NCBI GenBank assembly: GCA_034437335.1
Contig: DAOTUG010000002.1
Span: 27,227 to 91,226, forward strand
From: Anaerolineaceae bacterium
GTDB lineage: Bacteria; Chloroflexota; Anaerolineae; Anaerolineales; Anaerolineaceae
Length of the DNA stretch: 64,000 nucleotides
Direction of reading: 5' to 3'
Each line of letters opens with the position of its first letter. Within the stretch, counting starts at the first letter, position 1. Positions 1 to 10,846 of this stretch are shown here, piece by piece. Position numbers and translations under genes: made by a program. Below the pieces are notes generated by a model. It saw nothing but the letters and a program-made list of their open reading frames with translations, made no database searches and was not told the origin of the DNA.

Positions 1-54
1 TAGGAGGACAGAGTCCTGGAAACAACCTGTCACATTTGGAAGGAATTAATTAAG

Positions 55-2529
55 ATGAGGAAATTGCATCTCAGTGAAGGAAAATGGCGCCTGCGATCCG
101 TTGGGGAGAAAGCGTGGATGCCGGCGGAAGTGCCCGGAGAAGTGCATGTCAGCCTTCTCAAGGCAGGAAAAATCCCGGACCCCTTTGTGGCCGATAATGA
201 GCTCTCGGTACAATGGGTGGCGGAGACGGATTGGGAATATGAGGGCCTGATTCGCGTTTCCCAGGATTTGCTGGATGAGGAGCGGATTTTCCTTGTGTTT
301 GAGGGTTTGGACACCCTGGCTGAGATATGGTTGAATAATCAGGAAGTGGGTGAAGGCAAGAACGCTTTCAGAACCTACCGCTGGGAGGTGACCGACCTGG
401 TACAGCCCGGTGAAAACCGCCTGAACATTGTTATGCATTCCCCTGTCAACTATGTCACGCCTTTGCAAAATGCGCAGCCCCTCAAAGCCCCCGGGCAATC
501 CATACCCGGCGGTCCGTATCTGCGCAAGGCGCCCTGCCAGTGGGGGTGGGATTGGGGTCCCATGCTGCCCCCGATTGGGATCTGGAAGGATGCACGCTTG
601 GAGGGATACACCGCTGCAGTCCTGGAGACGGTCCATTTGCAGCAGGAACACCATCACGATGGTCATGTAACCGTGACGGCCTCCGCTGGGTTGGGACATT
701 GGGGAGAGGCGGATCTTCAGCTCTGCCTCACATTGATTGATCCTGAAGGCAAGCGGTTTGCGACCACCTGTAAGGTGGTGGATGGCGCAGCCCGGGCAGT
801 TCTGGAGCTGCCCGATCCGATCCTGTGGTGGCCTAACGGCTACGGCGACCAAGCTTTGTATGCTGCGTCTGTCAGTTTGCGGACAGGGGATGAGCAGGTC
901 CTGGATGAAAAGAGCTATCAGCTTGGCCTGCGAACCCTGGAGCTGAAGCAGGAAGCGGACGCTTTTGGGGAGAGTTTCACCTTTGTGGTCAATGGGGTTT
1001 CGATCTTCGCCAAAGGCGCAAACTGGATTCCGGCTGATTCCTTCCCCACCCGCATCACCCGGGAAACCCTGGATCAGCTCATCGGGGATGCTGCCAGAGC
1101 CCATCACAATATGATCCGGGTGTGGGGCGGCGGATTTTATGAGAGCGAGGATTTTTATGATCTCTGCGATCAGTATGGGATTCTGGTCTGGCAGGATTTC
1201 ATCTTCTCCTGCAGCATTTATCCCCTGGACAATCCCGATTTTGTGGAAAATGTCCGCCAGGAGGTGATTGACAATGTCCGGAGGATCCGCCATCGGGCCA
1301 GCCTGGCTTTGTGGTGCGGCAACAACGAGATGGATTGGGGATGGGAAGATTGGGGCTGGTCCGGGGAGGACACTCTACAGTACCGGCTGGCCTACAAGAC
1401 GTTTTTCTATGACTTGCTGCCGGATTGGCTGGAAACCCTGGATCCAGACACGCCTTACTGGTACAGTTCCCCAACCTCCGGGACCCCTTTTGAAAATTGC
1501 AACAGTAATGACATGGGCGATGCCCATTATTGGGAGGTCTGGCACGGTGCGAAACCCTTCACCGCATATCGGGAACAATATCCCCGCTTCATGAGTGAAT
1601 TTGGTTTTCAATCCCTGCCGCCCTTGAAGACGATCCAGACCTATGCCTCAGAGAACCACTGGAATTTGACTGATTATTTGATTGAGCATCATCAGCGCAG
1701 TTATTTTGCCAGCGCCCTTTTCATGGGCCAAATGGCCCTGCATTTTATGATGCCGGCAGATTTTCCGTCCCTGGTGTATCTGACGATGGTCCTGCAGGCG
1801 GAGGGTATCCGCTATGGCGTGGAACATTGGCGCAGAAATATGCACCGTGTCAGCGGCACCCTGTACTGGCAGTTGAATGACTGCTGGCCGGTGGCCTCCT
1901 GGTCGAGTCTGGATTATTTCGGCCGCTGGAAAGCCCTGCATTATCACAGCAAAGGGTTTTATACGCCGCTGTTGCTGTCCATTGAAGATGATGAGGCCCG
2001 GTCGGTGATGAAGGTGCATCTGAGCAGCGATCTTCAGGCGCCAGAGGATGTCACCGTCCGCTGGCGGTTGATGCGTTTGGATGGAGAGATCCTTGATTCT
2101 GGCGAAGTGGCGGTCCGGGCAGAGGGCCTGACATCCCAATGTGTATTTGAGGAGGATTTCAGTCACCTGACCCGGAAGGAAAAGCGGGAGACGGTCTTTG
2201 TGGCCCAATTGCTCTCCGGCGGGGAGCTTCAGTCCACCCGGCTGGCACCCTTTGTTCGGAATAAACATGTGGCCCTGGTTGAACCGCAGCTCAAGGCGTA
2301 TCTCCGGGAGGAATCAACCGACGCAGTGCAGATTGAGCTGGAGGCGGCCTATCTGGCTCGGTTTGTGGCCCTTTCGCTGGATGGGGCTGATGTGGTCTTC
2401 AGCGATAATTATTTTGATGTGCTGCCCGGAGAAACCGTCCGAATTTCCTGCCCGAAACCAGAGGGCTGGACACTGGACGATGTTGGCAAGGCTCTGACGG
2501 TCTTTTCCCTGTATGACAGCTTTGCCTGA
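55..2529 (+). CDS. beta-mannosidase, glycoside hydrolase family 2
   Basis: 824-aa ORF with ATG at 55 and a GGAAGGA Shine-Dalgarno upstream. GH2 beta-mannosidase-like segments: NMIRVWGGGFYESEDFYDLCDQYGILVWQDF, WCGNNE, MSEFGFQS. No signal peptide. Confidence 0.85.
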   Translation: MRKLHLSEGKWRLRSVGEKAWMPAEVPGEVHVSLLKAGKIPDPFVADNELSVQWVAETDWEYEGLIRVSQDLLDEERIFLVFEGLDTLAEIWLNNQEVGEGKNAFRTYRWEVTDLVQPGENRLNIVMHSPVNYVTPLQNAQPLKAPGQSIPGGPYLRKAPCQWGWDWGPMLPPIGIWKDARLEGYTAAVLETVHLQQEHHHDGHVTVTASAGLGHWGEADLQLCLTLIDPEGKRFATTCKVVDGAARAVLELPDPILWWPNGYGDQALYAASVSLRTGDEQVLDEKSYQLGLRTLELKQEADAFGESFTFVVNGVSIFAKGANWIPADSFPTRITRETLDQLIGDAARAHHNMIRVWGGGFYESEDFYDLCDQYGILVWQDFIFSCSIYPLDNPDFVENVRQEVIDNVRRIRHRASLALWCGNNEMDWGWEDWGWSGEDTLQYRLAYKTFFYDLLPDWLETLDPDTPYWYSSPTSGTPFENCNSNDMGDAHYWEVWHGAKPFTAYREQYPRFMSEFGFQSLPPLKTIQTYASENHWNLTDYLIEHHQRSYFASALFMGQMALHFMMPADFPSLVYLTMVLQAEGIRYGVEHWRRNMHRVSGTLYWQLNDCWPVASWSSLDYFGRWKALHYHSKGFYTPLLLSIEDDEARSVMKVHLSSDLQAPEDVTVRWRLMRLDGEILDSGEVAVRAEGLTSQCVFEEDFSHLTRKEKRETVFVAQLLSGGELQSTRLAPFVRNKHVALVEPQLKAYLREESTDAVQIELEAAYLARFVALSLDGADVVFSDNYFDVLPGETVRISCPKPEGWTLDDVGKALTVFSLYDSFA

Positions 2530-2567
2530 GCGGGGATCGGATCCTGTCCGGAAGTCCCCTCAACTGA

Positions 2568-3566
2568 ATGGAAGCAGTTTATCGTATGCAAGATTTCGAG
2601 AATCATCCCATTTTTATCTGCGGTCACCCTAAGGCTGGCACCAGTTTGATCACAGCTCTGCTGGATGGCCACCCTGCCATTGTAGCCTATCCGGAGGAGA
2701 CGTTGTTTTTCCGGCGTTTCCTCCCGGCCATTGCAGGCAAGTCCCGGGAGGAAGCCCTGGAAATGGCCGACCGGCTTCTGATTCATGTTTTTGAGTGGAA
2801 TCAGGAATCGCCGCCGCCACATCAAAAGGATTATCCGGATCGGGATTATGGAGATATTTCCTTCCCGGCTGTCCGCAAAATCCTGCGGGAGGTTCTTGAC
2901 TCGGTGGGATCATCCTCTCCGGCGCATTTTTTAAGCGCAGCCCTGATCGCCTTTGGCAGGACGACGGGCTTGCTGCGGAAGTCAAGCCGGTATTGGGTGG
3001 AGAAATCCCCCTATAATGAGCGTTACAGTGATCAGATTTTCTCGTGGTGGCCGGAGGCCAGGTGTTTGCATATCGTCCGGGATCCCCGGGACAATTTTGT
3101 CTCCTACCAGCGAAAACAACCGGATTGGTCCGCCAAGGTTTTTGCATGGAACTGGGTGCGCTCAACCCGGGCGGGGATGAAAAACCGCGCTGTTTACGGG
3201 CCGAATCGCTATCATCTGCTGCGGTTTGAGGATCTGCTGAAGGAGCCGGAAAAAACCATGGAATCCGTGGCGGTTTTTCTGGACCTTGGATGGCATCCGG
3301 CTTTTCTGCAGCCCACCCGGGTAGGCGATGCCTGGCGGGGAAATTCGATGTTCGCGGAAAAGTATTCAGCTATCAGCACCGCCCCACTCGACCGCTGGAA
3401 AAAATCCCTTTCCGCCTATGATCTGGCAGTCTTGCAGACGATCGCCCGTCGGGTGATGCGGCTGATGGGTTATGACCTTGCCTCGGTTGATGCTGCGGGG
3501 CTGACGGTGAGCCAGCGATTGAAGCTTCTGCGGGAGAAGTTCACTGCCTGGGTCAAACAGCCGTAA
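2568..3566 (+). CDS. sulfotransferase family protein (PAPS-dependent type)
   Basis: 332-aa ORF. It has a 5'-phosphosulfate-binding loop-like GHPKAGTSL and a 3'-phosphate-binding-like IVRDPRDNFVS. Lies directly upstream of a PAPS synthase gene. Confidence 0.75.
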   Translation: MEAVYRMQDFENHPIFICGHPKAGTSLITALLDGHPAIVAYPEETLFFRRFLPAIAGKSREEALEMADRLLIHVFEWNQESPPPHQKDYPDRDYGDISFPAVRKILREVLDSVGSSSPAHFLSAALIAFGRTTGLLRKSSRYWVEKSPYNERYSDQIFSWWPEARCLHIVRDPRDNFVSYQRKQPDWSAKVFAWNWVRSTRAGMKNRAVYGPNRYHLLRFEDLLKEPEKTMESVAVFLDLGWHPAFLQPTRVGDAWRGNSMFAEKYSAISTAPLDRWKKSLSAYDLAVLQTIARRVMRLMGYDLASVDAAGLTVSQRLKLLREKFTAWVKQP

Positions 3567-3654
3567 TTTTCCTTGGAGAGTTGATCCAGAGCGCGTGCTG
3601 TCTGGAACAAGGGGTGGAAAACGAGGGGTGATCAATTAATGCACAACTGATTTA

Positions 3655-3683
3655 TAAACATGAAATAATCCATGTGTTACAAT
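3655..3683 (+). promoter_or_regulatory. candidate sigma70-type promoter for the PAPS synthase gene
   Basis: Sits in an AT-rich 157-nt gap. Extended -10 TGtTACAAT at 3675-3683, and TAAACA 17 nt upstream at 3655-3660. About 40 nt before the ATG at 3724. Confidence 0.35.
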
Positions 3684-3720
3684 AAAAAGGTTTAAATTCT
3701 AGAGATAAGGCAGCGTTTAA

Positions 3721-5472
<1,752 letters not shown>

Positions 5473-5493
5473 ACCGGCTCAGTTCAGATCAAC

Positions 5494-5527
5494 AAAAGCT
5501 GGCTCGTCAGATAGAGCCAGCTTTTTT
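5494..5527. terminator. bidirectional rho-independent terminator
   Basis: AAAAGCTGGCTC-gtcagata-GAGCCAGCTTTTTT. 12-bp stem flanked by an A-run and a T-run, between convergent genes ending at 5472 (+) and 5538 (-). Confidence 0.7.
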
Positions 5528-5537
5528 ACCTCCGCAC

Positions 5538-6536
5538 TCACTCAAAGCGGAGCCTGCGGCGCAAAAGGGGAAACATAATTCCCAAATAGATCAGGGCGGC
5601 AGCCAGCGTTAACCCGCAAGCGCCCCAGAACCCGACCGGGCCATTCTGCCCAATGAAGATGTTCTCAAAGATCAGAAACATCCAATAATTGGGAAAGGGA
5701 TAAAAGAGGACGTGCCAGGCTCGGGGAAGAAAGATGGACAGGAGGGGCAGCAGGGAATAGCCCATCAGGACGACCTTCATAAGCGCCATCATCTGGAGTT
5801 GGGTATTGGAGAAACCGCCCAGGAAAAACCCGACCAGGATGGCAATCCCGGATGAGGCCAGAAAGCCGATGCTGATCTGTCCCCAGGGTGCTGCGACTCC
5901 GGCAACAATCAACACTGCCAGGAGCGTCATCACAGCGCCGGCCACCACGGAGAAGAGCGCCCTGGCAGCCGTCATTTCTGCCATGCGCAAGGGGGACACA
6001 GCCCAGGCGCGAATCAATCCGCTTTCTTTGTCCTGAACCATATTAAAGGATTCTGTCACAGCCCCAAGCAGGATGGACATGAGCAGGGTAAAGATCAGGC
6101 CATATTCCCCCAAGCGGGATTCCCGCGGCCGGCGGGTGAGGGTGATGTCAAAATCCTTCTCTGTCGGAGGGGAAAGTGCGGCTTGCAGCACCAGGCGGCT
6201 GACCTTCTCCCCCTCCGGCTCATTGCCCTGGAGGAGGATCTCGTAGCGGCCAGCTTCCCAATAAAAACCGGGCACATCGTCATTCTGCAGCACCCGCGTT
6301 TCCAGGGCTGAACGATCCGGGTGGATCTCCACCTGACCATATTGCGCCAACCTTTGCCGAACAGAAGCGGGCATTTCCTGGTTGACAGCCAGGCGCAGGG
6401 TGAGGGTGTCCAGGGAGGGCAACAGGACACGCACCAACACAGCCATCAGAATGGGGGCAAAGAAAACATAAAGGAGAATGTTGTCGCGCAGGATATTGGT
6501 CCAGTCCTGGCGGATGATGTTGATGATACGTCGCAT
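5538..6536 (-). CDS. ABC-2 type transporter permease
   Basis: 332 aa. One N-terminal TM helix, a large loop, then about 5 C-terminal TM helices. Lies in an operon with a second permease and an ABC ATPase. Confidence 0.7.
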   Translation of the reverse strand: MRRIINIIRQDWTNILRDNILLYVFFAPILMAVLVRVLLPSLDTLTLRLAVNQEMPASVRQRLAQYGQVEIHPDRSALETRVLQNDDVPGFYWEAGRYEILLQGNEPEGEKVSRLVLQAALSPPTEKDFDITLTRRPRESRLGEYGLIFTLLMSILLGAVTESFNMVQDKESGLIRAWAVSPLRMAEMTAARALFSVVAGAVMTLLAVLIVAGVAAPWGQISIGFLASSGIAILVGFFLGGFSNTQLQMMALMKVVLMGYSLLPLLSIFLPRAWHVLFYPFPNYWMFLIFENIFIGQNGPVGFWGACGLTLAAALIYLGIMFPLLRRRLRFE

Positions 6537-6540
6537 GGTC

Positions 6541-7584
6541 TTATCCGCCTTCCTGCATCAGTTTTTTATTGACCGCCCAGATGCAGATCCCAAAGGCGAT
6601 CAGCGCACTGAGGAATACCTGCAGCAACATGCTGCTGATCCCGGACGGACCCCCTTGGGCAAAGAGGATGTTCCGGAACCCAAAAATGATCTGATAAGTT
6701 GGGATCCAGGCGATCAGTGCCGGGGAGAAGACCGGCATGGCATAGGAAATGGTGGGCAGCATGCTCACGATCAACAGCAGAACCCCGGCAAAAAACCATT
6801 CCGAGATATTATTGAAAAACACGGCAATGGTCAGGCCCAGGCAGGTCATCAGAGCACTGCTGAGGAGGATCAGGGCAGTCAGGGCCAGGTAGTTTGGTGT
6901 GAGTCCGAAGACGATCAGAACGATGACCAGGCCATAGGCTAGGGAAAGCGCACCATAGAGGATGACTTTGGAGAGGATGAAATGCAGGGTGCCGGCGGGG
7001 GTGACCCGATAGGCGTGGAGGGTTCCTTCTTGTTTGGATTGAAAGATCAGCACGGCCCCGATCAGGAAACCCAGCAGGATCACCTCGAAGGTCAGAAAAA
7101 CCGGGATCATGTTTTTATTGAGGGGGATGGGGTCGCTTTTCGGTCCCAGGTGGGTGATCTCTGCAGGAAGGTCTGTTGCTTCGCCCCGCATCGTGCGGAG
7201 GATCAAAGCCAGGGTGGCTTGCATGAGATATATGTTTTCCTCGGCCACATTGCCCTGGCTGATGATCTCAATGCGCGGGTTCTGCAGATTCCCGCGGAAA
7301 ATCAACCCGATGGCCCGTTGGTACTCTGAGAGGGCTGTCTCGAAGGTTGCTTCCGAATGGAAAAGGGCGTCCGATTCCAGACCCTGGGCCAGTAGAAACG
7401 CTCCAAACTGACCCTCCGGGCTGGCATCGTAGATGACCTCCGGAGGTGCGCTGTCCAGCTCCGATGGGAGGGTGAAAACCAGCACGAGGATCAGAGACGC
7501 CAATCCCATGATCACATAGATATGCCCGCTGCGGAAGGTCAGCAGGAGGTCCTGAAGGAAGGTTGCAGCCAGTTTGCGGATCAT
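6541..7584 (-). CDS. ABC-2 type transporter permease
   Basis: 347 aa with the same topology as its neighbour. Its start overlaps the ATPase stop by 4 nt. Confidence 0.7.
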   Translation of the reverse strand: MIRKLAATFLQDLLLTFRSGHIYVIMGLASLILVLVFTLPSELDSAPPEVIYDASPEGQFGAFLLAQGLESDALFHSEATFETALSEYQRAIGLIFRGNLQNPRIEIISQGNVAEENIYLMQATLALILRTMRGEATDLPAEITHLGPKSDPIPLNKNMIPVFLTFEVILLGFLIGAVLIFQSKQEGTLHAYRVTPAGTLHFILSKVILYGALSLAYGLVIVLIVFGLTPNYLALTALILLSSALMTCLGLTIAVFFNNISEWFFAGVLLLIVSMLPTISYAMPVFSPALIAWIPTYQIIFGFRNILFAQGGPSGISSMLLQVFLSALIAFGICIWAVNKKLMQEGG

Positions 7585-8435
7585 GAGAGCCTCCGTCCGG
7601 TCAACTGCAGGAAGATTTCCTCCAGGGTGGCTTCCTGGGTGTGCATGGTCTGGATGGTGTTGTTGTGGATGAGGTTCAGAAAGGCCGTCTTCTCAGCGGT
7701 ATTTTCCAGGGAGAAGCTGGCGCGTTGAAATTGGGAGTCCTCCCCGTATTCAACCTGGACAGATTTCTGGCCGAATTTAAGTTTCAGGTTCCTGGGGCTG
7801 TCCATGGCCACCAAGCAGCCTTCATTGATAAAAGCTACCCGGTCGCAGAGAGCATCTGCAGTGAACATGTTGTGGGTTGTCAGGAAGATAGTCGCTCCCC
7901 GCTGGGCCTGCTGGCGGATGATGTCTTTGATGGTGCCAGCAGTTCCCGGATCGAGGCCGGCGGTAGGTTCGTCCAGGAAGAGAATTTCCGGACGGTTGAC
8001 CAGGGACCGGGCAAAGTTGAGGCGTTGCTTCATGCCCCGGGAATATTTTCCGGCGCGCTGATGGGCTGCATCTTCCAACCCAACCATCCTGAGCAGCTTG
8101 AGGGGATCTTCGGTGGGGACGTCAAAGAGGCCGGCGTAGTAGTGCAAGTTTTCATAACCGGTCAGTTTCTGGTAGATATAGGGCAGTTCAAAGGAGATCC
8201 CCAGACGATTGTTGAAGCCGCGTCCCAATTGGGATATGGGGACTCCTTCAACGGTCACCTGACCTTCCTGCAGAGGCAGCAGTCCGGTGATGATGGCCTG
8301 GGTGGTGCTTTTTCCGGCTCCGCTGGGGCCGAGAAAACCGAAGATTTCGCCTTTTTCAATGCTAAAGGTGACATCGTCCACAGCCTTTGTCTGGGTTCCG
8401 GGATAGCGATGCGAGAGGTGTTCGACTGTGATCAT
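7581..8435 (-). CDS. ABC transporter ATP-binding protein
   Basis: Walker A GPSGAGKST, signature-like YSRGMKQRL, Walker B ILFLDEPTAGLD. Confidence 0.9.
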   Translation of the reverse strand: MITVEHLSHRYPGTQTKAVDDVTFSIEKGEIFGFLGPSGAGKSTTQAIITGLLPLQEGQVTVEGVPISQLGRGFNNRLGISFELPYIYQKLTGYENLHYYAGLFDVPTEDPLKLLRMVGLEDAAHQRAGKYSRGMKQRLNFARSLVNRPEILFLDEPTAGLDPGTAGTIKDIIRQQAQRGATIFLTTHNMFTADALCDRVAFINEGCLVAMDSPRNLKLKFGQKSVQVEYGEDSQFQRASFSLENTAEKTAFLNLIHNNTIQTMHTQEATLEEIFLQLTGRRLS

Positions 8436-8453
8436 GGCGTCTCCTGTTTGGGA

Positions 8454-9140
8454 TTAAGATTTGTTGAAATACAGGGTGCGTTGTTCGGGATCGCGTTTCA
8501 TCCCCGCTTCGAGGAGGTCCATCAGGTTGCTGAACAACTGTTGGGCTTCCTCGTTGTCAAATACGCTGTAGCGTTTCTCCAACAAGTCTTCCCGGCTCAG
8601 GTTGAGGCGGCGGATAAGGTATTGCCCGAAATGGTAAAAAATGGTTTCCATCAGAAAGGCGGCCATGTTTGGATCCACCCAGGGGGCAACATCCCCGTGC
8701 AGGATGCCCTGGCTGAGGAGCTGACCAAAAAACTGGGTGCTGCCGCGGCGCATAAGCTCCTCGGTCATCTTCGGGAAGGGGATCTCCTCGATGAAAGCCC
8801 GGTAGGCCAGCTCCGCCATGCGGGGCCGCTGTAACTCAAAATGCACAGTCGCCTGAAACAACCAACGCATGTATCCAAAAATATCCATCCCTGGATCGGG
8901 AGGGGTCAACCCCTTCAAAAGGGCCATTTTTTCCGCCACCCCGAGTTCCAGCAGGTAGCGGTAGAGTTCTTTCTTATTTTCGAAGTATTGATAAAAGCTC
9001 CCTTTGGCAATCTCTGCTTTGCGGACAATTTTCGAGATGGAGGCCACTTTGTAGGGCTTTCCGGCGAACTCATCCACAGCTATGTCCAGAATGCGCTCGC
9101 GTTTGTCCTCGGGCAGGTTGAAGAAGGTTTCTTTGGGCAT
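8454..9140 (-). CDS. TetR/AcrR family transcriptional regulator
   Basis: 228 aa with the N-terminal HTH ASISKIVRKAEIAKGSFYQYFENKKEL. First gene of the ABC-2 operon. Confidence 0.85.
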   Translation of the reverse strand: MPKETFFNLPEDKRERILDIAVDEFAGKPYKVASISKIVRKAEIAKGSFYQYFENKKELYRYLLELGVAEKMALLKGLTPPDPGMDIFGYMRWLFQATVHFELQRPRMAELAYRAFIEEIPFPKMTEELMRRGSTQFFGQLLSQGILHGDVAPWVDPNMAAFLMETIFYHFGQYLIRRLNLSREDLLEKRYSVFDNEEAQQLFSNLMDLLEAGMKRDPEQRTLYFNKS

Positions 9141-9154
9141 GGGGTCCTTTCTGA

Positions 9155-9172
9155 TATGACTGGTCAGTCATA
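9155..9172. promoter_or_regulatory. candidate TetR operator (perfect 8-2-8 palindrome)
   Basis: TATGACTG-gt-CAGTCATA, lying 15 nt upstream of the tetR start codon. Confidence 0.5.
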
Positions 9173-9313
9173 AATCATCCGGATCTCATTCTATCTGGGT
9201 CTCCAGGGCCTGTCAAGGGGTGGGCGGTTTAATTCTGTCAGGAACAGCGATGGAAACCCGCACCTGGTGAAATCATGTACAATATCCCTAGTTCCTCATA
9301 GAAAGGAGTCCGG

Positions 9314-10729
9314 ATGACTGATCCTGTCCAAAGCCGTCTCACGTTTTCCACCAAGGTGATGTATGGTCTGGCTTCCCTGGGCACAGCGACCATCTCCAGC
9401 ATTTATGCCGCCCTGCTGCCTATTTTTTATCAAGACTATTTGGGGCTGACTGCCCGTTGGATCGGGATTGCCTCCCTGGCCTATGCTCTCTGGAATGCGA
9501 TCAATGATCCCTTGTTTGGATTTCTGACGGACAACACCCGCTCTCGATTGGGCCGTCGCATCCCTTACATGCGCTTCACGGCCCCGTTTTTGGCCCTGAC
9601 GTTTATCCTGGTCTGGTTTGCGCCGCGGGAAGCCCTGGAGATGACCCAGTTCTTGTGGATGCTCGTGACCATGCTTCTGTATGATACAGCCTATACTATC
9701 ATTGGCCTTGTTCACGGTGCCCTCATGCCGGAATTGAGCGAATCGGATGTGGAACGCAACCAGCTTTCGATTTCGGCCGGACTGTTCGGGCTTCTGGGGT
9801 ATGTGCTGGGTTTCTTTTTGCCGGACCTATTCCGCCCCAGGGCTGGCGATGCTGGGGGTTCTTTACTGAGCTTGCGGTTGGCGATGATTGCAGTGGGGAT
9901 CATTGGCGCTTTTCTGATCATCCTGACTACTTTGAAAGTCAAAGAACGGCGCGCCTTTGCTATCCTGGACGCGCCCCTCACGTTCTGGGAGTCCCTCAGA
10001 CACACCCTGAAAAACCGGGCATTTTGGATATTTGTCAGCGTGAACTTTCTGCTCACGTTGATGAATGCCATGGCTACCGGGGCCATGTTTTATCTGGCGG
10101 ATTATGTCACCCAAACCTCCACGGTGATCCTGATGGTGTACCTTTTCACGCCCCTGGCCGTGGGAATTCCCCTGGCCAATCTGGTGGTCCGGCGGTGGGG
10201 AGTCCTGCGGGCTCAGCAGGGCTATATGCTCCTGGCCGGTGTGGGTTTGATTTCGATCCTGTTCATGCCCGTCCCCTGGATCCCCCTCAGCCTGGTGGTG
10301 ACCGGACTGGGGTTTTCCGGCCAGCAAACTATTACTTACAATCTTTTGGCCCAGGTGATTGATGCAGATGAAGTGCGCACAGGCACCCGGCGGGAAGGGG
10401 CGTATTACGGAGCCAACGCCCTCCTGACCAAGCCGGCCCAATCCCTGGCCCTGTTTCTGACGGCTTTCCTTCTGGAGGAATCGGGCTTTATCACCCGGGC
10501 GATGAATCAGGGTGAGATCTTTCTGGACCAACCGGCCTCGGCCCTGCTTACCATCCGGGTGATTGTGGGGTTGATTCCCGGGATTGCGCTGCTGTTGGGG
10601 AGCGGTTTGCTGTTCTTTTTCCCTCTCCAAGGGGAGCGTCTCCGGAAACTGAAAGCCCGGATCCTGATCCTGCATGCCGAGAAGGAAGCGCGGCTGGCAA
10701 AAATGGAGGATACCCCCAGTCCTTTTTGA
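9314..10729 (+). CDS. MFS transporter, glycoside-pentoside-hexuronide (GPH):cation symporter family
   Basis: 471 aa and about 12 TM helices. GPH-like loop DPLFGFLTDNTRSRLGRRIPY. AAAGGAG Shine-Dalgarno before the ATG. Confidence 0.8.
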   Translation: MTDPVQSRLTFSTKVMYGLASLGTATISSIYAALLPIFYQDYLGLTARWIGIASLAYALWNAINDPLFGFLTDNTRSRLGRRIPYMRFTAPFLALTFILVWFAPREALEMTQFLWMLVTMLLYDTAYTIIGLVHGALMPELSESDVERNQLSISAGLFGLLGYVLGFFLPDLFRPRAGDAGGSLLSLRLAMIAVGIIGAFLIILTTLKVKERRAFAILDAPLTFWESLRHTLKNRAFWIFVSVNFLLTLMNAMATGAMFYLADYVTQTSTVILMVYLFTPLAVGIPLANLVVRRWGVLRAQQGYMLLAGVGLISILFMPVPWIPLSLVVTGLGFSGQQTITYNLLAQVIDADEVRTGTRREGAYYGANALLTKPAQSLALFLTAFLLEESGFITRAMNQGEIFLDQPASALLTIRVIVGLIPGIALLLGSGLLFFFPLQGERLRKLKARILILHAEKEARLAKMEDTPSPF

Positions 10730-10846
10730 CCTTCGATAAGTGTTCTGCGACCCTGGCTCTCTGCTGACCTCGCGTATCTTCCGAGCCGCGCTTTTTGTTT
10801 GGAACCTTTGTGATATCCAATTGAATCAAATGAGAGGTTGTTATCT

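Noticed and set aside
46-1293. 415-aa minus-strand ORF antisense to the beta-mannosidase gene
   Set aside because: Pro/Gly/Arg-rich, low-complexity translation typical of antisense frames in GC-rich DNA. The plus-strand frame carries clear GH2 motifs.
7641-8834. 397-aa plus-strand ORF spanning the ABC ATPase and TetR genes
   Set aside because: It crosses two well-supported minus-strand genes and their intergenic gap, and its sequence is not protein-like.
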